DNA from: Patescibacteria group bacterium
GTDB lineage: Bacteria; Patescibacteriota; Microgenomatia; UBA8517
Length of the DNA: 64,000 bases
NCBI GenBank assembly: GCA_022868165.1
Contig: JALHYA010000001.1
Coordinates: 12,937 to 76,936 of the forward strand
Direction of reading: 5' to 3'
Shown: positions 8,818 to 16,852 of the stretch, piece by piece
Position numbering within the stretch: the first letter of the stretch is position 1
How the letters are laid out: the number at the start of each line of letters is the position of its first letter
Notes under the pieces: model-generated
What the model was told of the DNA's origin: nothing
Seen by the model: the letters and a program-made list of their open reading frames with translations, nothing else
The model's database searches: none
Made by a program: the position numbers and the translations under genes

Positions 8818-9816
8818 TCAGAACCTCTTATAGAAATCAAGGTCGCTTAATATGGCCTGATTCCATAAAGGAAGCATATTGTGGTCGGAAGCGGGGTAGA
8901 GCTGGTAGTTCAAATCCAAGTTCAAGTTCAAGAGAGACTTGGCTAGATCGTCGCTCCATTTTACCGGAACGGATTGGTCGGCGGTCCCCTGGTCAAGCTC
9001 AATAGGAGCTTTTATCCGGTCCAAGTTGCCATGTATCGAGTAAAGATTCGGGTCGTAGAGCTCCTCAAAATTTGCGATTTCCGAGCGCAAGTACTTGCCC
9101 AAGTCCGGGCTGTCGTCAGTGTAATAAAGAATTGAATAGGGAAAGGGCTTTGAAACCGGCGCCCAAAGCACAGTGGGGATGTTTTTACCGGTTATCTCCA
9201 AGACAGTTAAGGCAATTTGGCCTCCGTTTGAATGGGCCCATATGAACGACCTTTTCTTGTCCCACTTTGAAACGGAGTCTAAGGATGCCATAACGCTCAT
9301 TACGGTTGTATATGTTTGAAATCTGGCCTCAAAAGTGCTGTTCGGCTCGGGGTCGGAATCTCCATAGCCCAAAAAGTCGGGCGCAACGGTAATATAGCCT
9401 TTTGAGGCAAAAACCTCGGCGCCGTGTTGGGTTCCCTCCCCTATCGTGTATTTTTCCTTGTCGACGTAGCCCCGAATCATAATAATTATCGGGAAGGGGC
9501 CTTCGCCTTTGGGCATATTTATCATCCCGCTTAGCTTTTTGGCAGGTTTGCCGGTTAATGTCGGGTCGAAATAATGAATGAACTCATAGGAGGTGAAGTT
9601 CGAAGTATCCTGGATAACCTTTCCGAGCTCGATCTTTCCTGCAGGGACATTGGCTTTGGACAAGTTTTCTATAGTGTATTTGTCCAGCGGTCTGGGTACG
9701 ATTTGGGCAATGGATTTTTTAAGTTTGGGTGAGGTAAAAAGAAGATTCAGACTCCAGCCCAGAGAAATAAAGAGAATTGCGCAAAGCGTATATAAAATGA
9801 CCTTTTTCATATTCAT
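8818..9816 (-). CDS. Secreted alpha/beta hydrolase (S9-like)
   Basis: APDFLGYGDS; AHSNGG nucleophile; D.SV and DHN catalytic positions. Confidence 0.85.
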   Translation of the reverse strand: MNMKKVILYTLCAILFISLGWSLNLLFTSPKLKKSIAQIVPRPLDKYTIENLSKANVPAGKIELGKVIQDTSNFTSYEFIHYFDPTLTGKPAKKLSGMINMPKGEGPFPIIIMIRGYVDKEKYTIGEGTQHGAEVFASKGYITVAPDFLGYGDSDPEPNSTFEARFQTYTTVMSVMASLDSVSKWDKKRSFIWAHSNGGQIALTVLEITGKNIPTVLWAPVSKPFPYSILYYTDDSPDLGKYLRSEIANFEELYDPNLYSIHGNLDRIKAPIELDQGTADQSVPVKWSDDLAKSLLNLNLDLNYQLYPASDHNMLPLWNQAILSDLDFYKRF

Positions 9817-10103
9817 AGACCGTTTGTTTTCAACCTTTTTCTGTCCACTTTGTGCTTATGGATTTTTCTTCTTTTTGCGGCTTCGGGTCTTTTCCCTTCC
9901 GCATGGGATTTAGGTTTTCCTTTGTGCTTAGTCAGGTCTTCAAACATTTTAGCAGGGTCTATTTCTTCGCTTTTGTGCCTCCTTAGATACGAATCAACAG
10001 CTCTTTGTGCCCTGTCCTCATCGTTGGCGAAAAATCTTTTTAGATGTCTTGCGAAGTCGCTATGTCCGGGAATAAGTTCCGGTTCCCTCTCTACTGTTGC
10101 CAT
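9813..10103 (-). CDS. Hypothetical basic protein
   Basis: 96-aa ORF overlapping the next start by 4 nt. Confidence 0.6.
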   Translation of the reverse strand: MATVEREPELIPGHSDFARHLKRFFANDEDRAQRAVDSYLRRHKSEEIDPAKMFEDLTKHKGKPKSHAEGKRPEAAKRRKIHKHKVDRKRLKTNGL

Positions 10104-10161
10104 GCTGGAGGAATTTTAATACATTTTTCGGAAAAAAATAAGCACGGAATTTGTTCTTGAC

Positions 10162-10177
10162 TTCGGGTTTTATTCGG
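10162..10177 (+). promoter_or_regulatory. Candidate LexA box TTCGG-GTTTTA-TTCGG in the orf-dinB promoter
   Basis: CTTCGGGTTTTATTCG is identical to the lexA promoter sequence; abuts TTGACT -35. Confidence 0.75.
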
Positions 10178-10194
10178 ATTATACCAATATTATA

Positions 10195-10455
10195 ATGATA
10201 CAAAAGATTTCGGTACCGGTATCGGTTGAACTGGTTTTCGACCACAAAACCCGCAAGGTCTTTCCGAGAAGGGTTCTCTGGGAAGGCAAGCTCTACCCTA
10301 TCGTCAAGGTTGGCCTTCACCACACGTTTCGTGAGGGTCGCACATTATTTCATGTTTTCTCCGCTTCTTCGCAAACCTTGTTTTTTAGGCTGGTTCTCAA
10401 TACCGACAATTTGCAGTGGAGATTGGAGGAAATTTCCGATGGACTCCCCGACTGA
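10195..10455 (+). CDS. Small protein coupled to dinB
   Basis: 86 aa, beta-rich; overlaps the dinB start by 17 nt. Confidence 0.75.
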   Translation: MIQKISVPVSVELVFDHKTRKVFPRRVLWEGKLYPIVKVGLHHTFREGRTLFHVFSASSQTLFFRLVLNTDNLQWRLEEISDGLPD

Positions 10456-11701
10456 TTTATCGTTCAACCCCAAGCCTTCAACCATTATGCATATGGATTT
10501 GAATTCCTGCTTTGCGACCATCGAGCAGCAGGCAAATCCCCTGCTTCGCGGAAAACCCGTAGTCGTTGCGGCCTATACGACACCCTCGGGTTGTATTGTT
10601 GCCCCATCGGTCGAGGCCAAAAGATTGGGAATTAAGGTCGGAATGAGGGTGAAAGACGGAAGATTTCTCTGCCCGGATTTGATTGTTCTTCCCCCGGACC
10701 CCTGGAAATACAGAAATGTCCACCTGAGTTTAAGAAGAATAGTTTCCGAATATACTAGCAATTTTTCCCCAAAATCGATTGACGAGTTTGTGCTCAATAT
10801 GGAAGGCTACCCGGCCTATCGGAAAGGCATGCTTAAGCTCGCCAGAGAGATTAAGAGGCGGATTAAGGCCGAAGTCGGAGATTGGCTAACGGTTTCCGTG
10901 GGAGTTGCCCCAAACAGGTTCCTGGCCAAAACCGCGGCGGGCTTACACAAACCCGACGGACTCGACGAGATTAATAAAAATAACTATGCGGATGTGTATT
11001 CCAAGCTCTCTTTGACCGATTTATGCGGGATTAAAGAGCGAAATGCCATAAGACTGGGGAGTATGGGCATATATAGTGTTTTGGACTTCTATAACGCACC
11101 ACTTTGGAAGTTGAAGGCGGCTTTTAGCTCAATTTTGGGCTACTACTGGTATTTGCGGCTTCGAGGTTGGGAGATTGACGATGTGGAGTTTGCGAGGCGT
11201 TCTTACGGCAATTCCTTTGCCCTGCCCAAGCCTTTGCAAACGGTCGAGGAGCTCTCCCCTGTTCTTTCCAAACTTGTCGAGAAAATGGGGGCAAGACTGC
11301 GTCATGCGGGGTATAAGGCCAAAGGGGTGCATTTATCCGTAGTTTATCGGGATTGGAGCTTCTGGCATAAAGGTGCTATAACCTCGAAAGTTTTGTTCGA
11401 TTCGCGCGATATTTACAAGGAAGCTTTTAAACTCTTAGTGAGTTGTCCTTACAGAAAACCCGTGCGGCAGCTTGCGGTTTCTTGCTTCAATCTCCTCACG
11501 CGCCCTGAGTTGCAAATGGAACTTTTTGAGGATGTTGTCAAAAAAGAAAAAATTGTAGAGGCGGTGGACAAGGTTAACGAGCGCTGGGGGCACTTTATCA
11601 TAACGCCCGCGAGAATGCTGGGGACCGGCGGGGTTGTAATGGACAGAATTGCCTTTGGAGGCGTAAAAGAACTCGAAGAATTCACCCTAAATTCCGGATA
11701 A
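10439..11701 (+). CDS. dinB: Y-family DNA polymerase (Pol IV/DinB-like)
   Basis: MHMDLNSCFATIEQ, SIDE and SVGVAPNRFLAKTA motifs; start re-called at ATG 10439. Confidence 0.9.
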   Translation: MDSPTDLSFNPKPSTIMHMDLNSCFATIEQQANPLLRGKPVVVAAYTTPSGCIVAPSVEAKRLGIKVGMRVKDGRFLCPDLIVLPPDPWKYRNVHLSLRRIVSEYTSNFSPKSIDEFVLNMEGYPAYRKGMLKLAREIKRRIKAEVGDWLTVSVGVAPNRFLAKTAAGLHKPDGLDEINKNNYADVYSKLSLTDLCGIKERNAIRLGSMGIYSVLDFYNAPLWKLKAAFSSILGYYWYLRLRGWEIDDVEFARRSYGNSFALPKPLQTVEELSPVLSKLVEKMGARLRHAGYKAKGVHLSVVYRDWSFWHKGAITSKVLFDSRDIYKEAFKLLVSCPYRKPVRQLAVSCFNLLTRPELQMELFEDVVKKEKIVEAVDKVNERWGHFIITPARMLGTGGVVMDRIAFGGVKELEEFTLNSG

Positions 11702-12160
11702 GTCGACCGGCGTTCCCTCGACTACTCCGTTTTTGTCCGAAAAACCGGCATTTACTTCCAAAACATAATCAATCGGATCTTTCGGCAATATCAAAGAAAG
11801 TTGCGAGTCCGGCGCACCCTTTTTGGGAGGTTGAACATTTTTATTGATTTGAAAAACCTCGGAATTTTTTATCCAGATAATATCCAAGGGAATTAGCATA
11901 TCTTTCATCCAAAAAGCCGGCTTGACACCCTTTTGGGTAAATACAAAGAACATTCCGCCGTTTGCCTCAAGGCTTGTTCTTCCGGAAAGGCCTTTACGTC
12001 TTAGAGCCTCGGAATTTGCAACCTCGACGCTTATTTTGGTATTGCCTACGGAAACCGTTTTTGTCGTTCGTGCAGGAGAAACGCTAAGTTTTTGGCTCAT
12101 GAGTCCGACGGCTATGATAAATACTGCCGCTGCCGCCAGAAGAAGGAATATTTGCTTCAC
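11687..12160 (-). CDS. DUF192 family protein
   Basis: VEVA....R.KGLSGR...GMFFVF....FWMKDMLIPLDIIWI...YVLEVNAG. Confidence 0.9.
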   Translation of the reverse strand: MKQIFLLLAAAAVFIIAVGLMSQKLSVSPARTTKTVSVGNTKISVEVANSEALRRKGLSGRTSLEANGGMFFVFTQKGVKPAFWMKDMLIPLDIIWIKNSEVFQINKNVQPPKKGAPDSQLSLILPKDPIDYVLEVNAGFSDKNGVVEGTPVDLSGI

Positions 12161-12357
12161 GGTTGTATGTCTTTACTTGTTTGGGTCTGCTCGCCCAAAA
12201 CGGCCTCACCCTTGAGACTAAGAGAAAATTTAAAGTTTTGGTATAAAACCAGGAACAATATAAGGAAAATACTAAAGGCTATTGCCGGGATAAACAGCAG
12301 GTAGATATTGTGGCTGCGCTTTAAACGATTTTCAAAAATGTGTACGAACTCTTCCAT
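12157..12357 (-). CDS. Small single-TM protein
   Basis: Hydrophobic stretch followed by VLG; translationally coupled to the next gene. Confidence 0.6.
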   Translation of the reverse strand: MEEFVHIFENRLKRSHNIYLLFIPAIAFSIFLILFLVLYQNFKFSLSLKGEAVLGEQTQTSKDIQP

Positions 12358-12375
12358 AGCAGGACTATTATTAGT

Positions 12376-13140
12376 TTACACTTTAAGTTCAAGGCCATCA
12401 AAGGCGATTCCGAATTTGTCTCCGCCGTGTTCTTTCACAGAAGCTTCCAGCTTGCCATGTGTGTCTGTTTTATGGCCGATATTCGTAAAAAGAACCCTTT
12501 TCGCGTTAACATCCTTGCCAAATCTTAAGCCTTCCTCTATGGTTTCGTGGCCTTTTGCCTGACCATATGATGTTTTGGAAGAGCCGTCCAATATTGCCAC
12601 CTCTATGTCTCCCATCTCTTTTCGGGAAGAAGGGATAATTCTTCTAAATTCCGGTGCATAAACAATAGGCTTCGGGGCTTTGAGTTTTATTGCATAGGCT
12701 TCTTCGGAGCCGTGCTCAACGGGAATCAGCCAGGCATAGGAGTCTTTAGAAAGGCCTATTTTTTCAAAGGGTTTTGCCTCGAGAGTATCGAAAGCCCGCA
12801 TGGAAATTCCTACAAGCCGTCTGGCTTTGGATAAGACTCCGCTTGAGGAAATTAGGGTTATCTTTGGGCCGTTATAGGTATGGCTTAGGTCATAGAGCCC
12901 AAAAATGTGGTCATCGTGGGCATGGGTAAGGATAATATGAGTAATTTTGGTAGGGTCAACATTGTGGGTTTTAATTTCTGTATAAATATCAGGTGAAGCG
13001 TCGAGAAGAATGTTTCGATTTACAAGAAGAGACGGTCTAAGCCGGGTGTCTTTCGGGTCTTGGGAGCTGCAGATTTCGCACTTGCAGCCAAGCCTGGGAA
13101 GAGGCCATCCTGAAGAGGTACCTAAAAAGAGGATTTCCAT
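12376..13140 (-). CDS. MBL-fold metallohydrolase (PhnP-like)
   Basis: LFLGTSSG.P.P..GCKC..C and THAHDDH; start is ATG 13140 because the track extension runs through a tRNA. Confidence 0.9.
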   Translation of the reverse strand: MEILFLGTSSGWPLPRLGCKCEICSSQDPKDTRLRPSLLVNRNILLDASPDIYTEIKTHNVDPTKITHIILTHAHDDHIFGLYDLSHTYNGPKITLISSSGVLSKARRLVGISMRAFDTLEAKPFEKIGLSKDSYAWLIPVEHGSEEAYAIKLKAPKPIVYAPEFRRIIPSSRKEMGDIEVAILDGSSKTSYGQAKGHETIEEGLRFGKDVNAKRVLFTNIGHKTDTHGKLEASVKEHGGDKFGIAFDGLELKV

Positions 13141-13143
13141 CGG

Positions 13144-13226
13144 TGCTCTCGAGAGGATTCGAACCTCTACAGGATTACTCCCACAGGATCCTAAATCCTG
13201 CGCGTCTACCATTCCGCCACGAGAGC
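13144..13226 (-). tRNA. tRNA-Leu(TAG)
   Basis: CAGGA-TTTAGGA-TCCTG anticodon arm; long variable arm. Confidence 0.95.
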
Positions 13227-13323
13227 TTGTAGGTATATTATACCTTTTTATCCCTCTAGGCTGAAAGAAAGTCCGGTAGAATCGATTTTCTTCATAAGCA
13301 GAGCTTGTGCGTCAGATAGGTTC

Positions 13324-13848
13324 TTAAATTGTATAAGCTAAAGGAAGAGAATCTATCTTCCGCATAAAATACTTAACCTTCCATGCCCATGTAGTGCTCG
13401 GAGGAGCGTAACGTCTGGCGATTTGGTCTATAGAAACGGCACCTTTATCCAAATAGTTTTGTCTAAGGGTTTTGGAAACAACCTCAATAGAGGCGTTCCA
13501 AGAAGGAAAGCTGTAGTCTCCGTTTACCCATCCGTACGCATTGTAAGAGTTATACGGAATCTGTTTTCCGAAAGTGGATTCTACACCTGTGATTGAGGCA
13601 ACAAGTCTCCAATCAAGACCGTTTTTGTCGGCCTCGGCTATAAACTTTCCGGCATATGGAGCCAAGGGAGAATTATATTTCTCCAAAAATGCCTTAAGTT
13701 GAGAAACCCTAAGGTCGCCTGTTTCGCCTACAACAGACGTTCTTAATTGAGCGGATTCGTCGGCCACGCGGGAATCGGCCGATATAACTCCGGCCGGTAA
13801 AAACGCCATAGCGGAGGCGATGAATAAAGCTAAGATTAAATTTTTCAT
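13324..13848 (-). CDS. Secreted lysozyme-like/glucosaminidase-fold protein
   Basis: Signal peptide; YNSPL...DWRLVASITGVESTFGK...NAYGW...YAPP. Confidence 0.75.
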   Translation of the reverse strand: MKNLILALFIASAMAFLPAGVISADSRVADESAQLRTSVVGETGDLRVSQLKAFLEKYNSPLAPYAGKFIAEADKNGLDWRLVASITGVESTFGKQIPYNSYNAYGWVNGDYSFPSWNASIEVVSKTLRQNYLDKGAVSIDQIARRYAPPSTTWAWKVKYFMRKIDSLPLAYTI

Positions 13849-13856
13849 ATTTCTCC

Positions 13857-13969
13857 AAAAAAGAGGTCCCCTTACGGAGACCTCAAGTAAAATCCTAACG
13901 CTCGGTGTGCTTGCGCAACCTTGCCTCAGGACGTGCGAGAACTATAGCATAACACTATCGGTTTGTCAA
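13857..13969 (-). promoter_or_regulatory. Sigma70 promoter followed by a structured leader and intrinsic terminator (candidate riboswitch/attenuator)
   Basis: TTGACA-17-TATAGT; TCCTGA/TTAGGA stem with inner GCAA hairpin; GAGGTCTCC-GTAA-GGGGACCTC-T6 ending 8 nt before ATG. Confidence 0.65.
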
Positions 13970-14014
13970 GTCTTTGGAGTCAAAGCCAGAACAGTAGTTA
14001 TACGGGTATTCTGA

Positions 14015-14773
14015 CTAGCTTATCTTTTGTGCTAGAACAAAAATCGACGGGCCGAAGTTTATATAACTTAGGGGTTTTTGGAAAGCGCTTTCCAGAGAGA
14101 TAAGGAGTTCCATAGGTATATATTTCTTAAGAATCCGGTTACGGAAATTGGAAACGGAAAGCTTATCCAAGACCTTAAAACCCGTTTTCTCCAAAATAAG
14201 ACCGACATTCTTTGGGTGATGGTTTAAGAAAGAGATTGTGTGATTGCGAATAGATTTGGGGCTTCTTGCGTCTTTGGGAGAAAGTTCGGAAGAGTAGTTT
14301 ATGTTTCCATGTAGCAGCTCCTTAAAAATAGCCTTAAAATGGAGTTTGTTGGCGAATTCCAAAACAAAAAAACCTCCGGGCTTCAGTAAAGAATTTACGG
14401 CCCGAAAAGCCGATTCCAAAGAAAGCAAATGGTGTGCAACACGCACCATGAGAACCAAATCTGCCCTTCCCTTGGGCACTTTTTCGGAAAGAATCTCAAC
14501 CGACGCCTGTACGAATTCCAGGTTTTGGTAGTTGGTCAGGTTTTTCCGGGCAAGGCTTAGAAGTTTGGCCGAAGGCTCGGCTATAATAACCTTTTTGCCT
14601 CTAAAGGCATAAACGGGAGTAAGTCTCCCAAAACCCGCTCCTATATCTATAATTGTCCCTATTTTCGGGATTTTCTCAAGTATTTTCTTAAGGGCAACGA
14701 CTTCCGAATTGTGTTCGTAGTCGCGTCCTTCCCAGTAGGCAGAGTAATCGTAGGAATCGTATGCTGCTGCCAT
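14015..14773 (-). CDS. Class I SAM-dependent methyltransferase
   Basis: IIDIGAGFGR; LLKPGGFFVLE. Confidence 0.9.
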   Translation of the reverse strand: MAAAYDSYDYSAYWEGRDYEHNSEVVALKKILEKIPKIGTIIDIGAGFGRLTPVYAFRGKKVIIAEPSAKLLSLARKNLTNYQNLEFVQASVEILSEKVPKGRADLVLMVRVAHHLLSLESAFRAVNSLLKPGGFFVLEFANKLHFKAIFKELLHGNINYSSELSPKDARSPKSIRNHTISFLNHHPKNVGLILEKTGFKVLDKLSVSNFRNRILKKYIPMELLISLESAFQKPLSYINFGPSIFVLAQKIS

Positions 14774-14782
14774 TTTGTGGGT

Positions 14783-15406
14783 TTATTGCATTTCGGACAT
14801 GAAAGTATTTACGCCGTGTGCCCAGGAGCCGTTTGAGGAAGGAGTATATTTGGACATGATTTGGTCCGGAGTAGTAAGCCCCTCGTCTATGTAATTTTCC
14901 TTAAGACCCTGGGAGACTGTTTCAATTCCCTCTTCGTAGGATGAAAAGCCCAAATTTGATTCGCTGTGAATTCCCCAACCCCAGCAATTATGGGAGCCGG
15001 GAGGAATAATTCTGCAAAGATTGGATTCCTGTTGGGCGATGGCCGTAATGAGCCTGAAATCAAGAGAATATTTATCCGCAGTATCCACGATATGCATGGC
15101 GTAAAGAACGAGTGGTGAGCCGTAGGAAGCCAAATATTGGCTTATTATTTCGGGTCTGGCGTCGGCGGCTTTAGCATTGCCTGCAACGGTGGGGATTGTG
15201 TTGGGCAAAGAAGCATAAACCCGCACTCCGGGTTTAGGCTCCACTATAAGATTGACTGAAGTTGGGGCCATCTTGGCCTGTACGTCCTTATTTTTGGCCA
15301 AAGAAACCAACGAAAACAAACTTGTAAGTAGTGCTATAGGGGTTATCGTAAAGAAAAGACTTACAAGAATTAAGTTTTTCCAGAAAGAAAAGTTGTCTTC
15401 CGCCAT
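14783..15406 (-). CDS. Membrane-anchored lysozyme-like protein (paralog of 13324-13848)
   Basis: YGSPL...DFRLITAIAQQESN...NCWGWG...KYTP; start re-called at ATG 15406. Confidence 0.75.
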   Translation of the reverse strand: MAEDNFSFWKNLILVSLFFTITPIALLTSLFSLVSLAKNKDVQAKMAPTSVNLIVEPKPGVRVYASLPNTIPTVAGNAKAADARPEIISQYLASYGSPLVLYAMHIVDTADKYSLDFRLITAIAQQESNLCRIIPPGSHNCWGWGIHSESNLGFSSYEEGIETVSQGLKENYIDEGLTTPDQIMSKYTPSSNGSWAHGVNTFMSEMQ

Positions 15407-15472
15407 ATTTCGCCTTTTGTCAGGATGCCACAAAAAGGGGTCTATAGTCAAGTTTTTGAGGCTAAAAATGGC

Positions 15473-15530
15473 CACAAAAAAAGAGGGCACACCCTTAACT
15501 CGCGTCAGGTATGTGCCCCAGCACCTTGTC
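15473..15530 (-). terminator. Cassette B 3' trailer: GACAAGGTGC plus GGGCAC...GTGCCC-TCTTTTTTTGTG terminator
   Basis: 18 bp identical to 16135-16152; same stem layout. Confidence 0.8.
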
Positions 15531-15551
15531 ATCAGATTTTCCCCAGGTTTC

Positions 15552-16031
15552 TTAGGCCTTGGTGAACACCAACAGGAGGGCGAAGACAATGACGATCACG
15601 ATAACAATCACTCTCCTCCTCTTCATATACGGAGAGAGGGGAACCCGTGCAGGCCGTATCGCTTCCCGTTCCTCCACCGTTAGATGTTTGTACTCATCCC
15701 AACCGATCATCTGCCCGGACCTGTCCCTCCTGGGTTCCCACTGCATCATTAAAAACCAACCGATGAATTCGAGGGTGAAACCCAGAAGCCAGCCGATGGC
15801 CGGATGGCGTCCTTTGCCTTTGGCGACTTTTCCACCCAGCCAAGTCCAGGCGGCCAGGTATACCGCAAAACAGCTCGCCTCCGCCAGGCTCCGCCCCAAA
15901 CATAGCCCGTGGGTCTGCCAAACAGGACCGGCTTGGCTGCAGTCTGAGTGGGCACTCGCTGACATGATCCAGAACCAGCAGGCTGTTATGTACAGGATTG
16001 CCGGTGCTGCAAGAACCCATTTCTTCTTCAT
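15552..16031 (-). CDS. GC-rich multi-TM membrane protein (cassette B)
   Basis: SD AAGGAGG; several hydrophobic segments; AKGKGR...GWLLGF motif. Confidence 0.75.
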   Translation of the reverse strand: MKKKWVLAAPAILYITACWFWIMSASAHSDCSQAGPVWQTHGLCLGRSLAEASCFAVYLAAWTWLGGKVAKGKGRHPAIGWLLGFTLEFIGWFLMMQWEPRRDRSGQMIGWDEYKHLTVEEREAIRPARVPLSPYMKRRRVIVIVIVIVFALLLVFTKA

Positions 16032-16033
16032 CA

Positions 16034-16116
16034 CGCCCTCCTTGTGGCGAATTATTTGACCGGATTGTCAAGGTGCACAAAAATGCCCGATGTTTCGGGC
16101 AAGTAGCTATATTGTA
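16034..16116 (-). promoter_or_regulatory. Cassette B leader: TACAAT, GCCCG hairpin, boxA-like GTGCACCTTGACAA, SD hairpin
   Basis: Blocks 16034-16052 and 16057-16083 are identical to 16681-16699 and 16703-16729. Confidence 0.8.
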
Positions 16117-16134
16117 CTTCAATAGGTCAATTTT

Positions 16135-16202
16135 CACAAAAAAAGAGGGCACTCACCTTTGATGCTTTCGCTTCGCAGGTTTGTGCCCTCATGCACCCTA
16201 TC
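16135..16202 (-). terminator. Cassette A 3' trailer: TAGGGTGCA plus GAGGGCAC...GTGCCCTC-T7 terminator
   Basis: Inverted repeat with T-run; homologous to 15473-15530. Confidence 0.8.
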
Positions 16203-16252
16203 GGAAGTTTAACCACCCGCACCCTTGCTGGACACCGCATTGAACTGGCGAT

Positions 16253-16678
16253 TCAATGCGCCTCAGCGCTCCACTCCCATTCTCCCAGTTCACATCTTGT
16301 TGTCTGTCCGAACGATAACTCCGGCCTCAGGTCAATCGTTCCACTCGCCTCCGTCGGCGACGTAAACCGACCCTCCGCCTCCCCGATGCTTGACGAGGAG
16401 ACATTAATGCTGCCATCACGAATCGGAAACGGCATTCCGGATGCCTGGCTGGCCCATGACCCGGCTGAAAACCCGTCGCATCGTACGTCCGTAAGGCTGA
16501 AACCCACAAACGTGATGGCCGCTCCGTCGTCCGAAACGGTAAAGGTGAACGTGCCGCTGCTGGCCCCTCCACTGATATCGATAGGACCGCTGAATGTGCT
16601 CCCAGGCTCAGGCATTGAAGTCCCGCCGCATGCAACCAAAAGCACTGCGAGTAGCACGAGATACATATGCCGTTTCAT
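16253..16678 (-). CDS. GC-rich lipoprotein (cassette A)
   Basis: MKRHMYLVLLAVLLVAC signal with lipobox; SD AAGGAGG; start re-called at ATG 16678. Confidence 0.8.
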   Translation of the reverse strand: MKRHMYLVLLAVLLVACGGTSMPEPGSTFSGPIDISGGASSGTFTFTVSDDGAAITFVGFSLTDVRCDGFSAGSWASQASGMPFPIRDGSINVSSSSIGEAEGRFTSPTEASGTIDLRPELSFGQTTRCELGEWEWSAEAH

Positions 16679-16680
16679 CT

Positions 16681-16760
16681 CGCCCTCCTTGTGGCGAATG
16701 TGTGACCGGATTGTCAAGGTGCACAAAAAACCCGCTTATACGGGCAGTTCCTATATTATA
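16681..16760 (-). promoter_or_regulatory. Cassette A leader: TATAAT, CCCG hairpin, boxA-like GTGCACCTTGACAA, SD hairpin
   Basis: Near-identical to 16034-16116. Confidence 0.8.
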
Positions 16761-16767
16761 CTCTTAG

Positions 16768-16840
16768 TGAGCCGCCCGAGACTCGAACTCGGAACCGTTA
16801 CCTTAAGAGGGTACTGCTCTACCGATTGAGCTAGCGGCCC
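16768..16840 (-). tRNA. tRNA-Lys(CTT)
   Basis: Cloverleaf; anticodon loop CTCTTAA. Confidence 0.93.
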
Positions 16841-16852
16841 AAACGCACAAAT

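Noticed and set aside
15473-16760. Insertion sequence or integron explanation for the cassettes
   Set aside because: No transposase, integrase, terminal inverted repeats with target duplication, or attC structure
15559-16829. Long plus-strand ORFs 15559-16059 and 16191-16829
   Set aside because: Antisense shadows of GC-rich minus-strand genes that have an SD, signal or TM features and terminators
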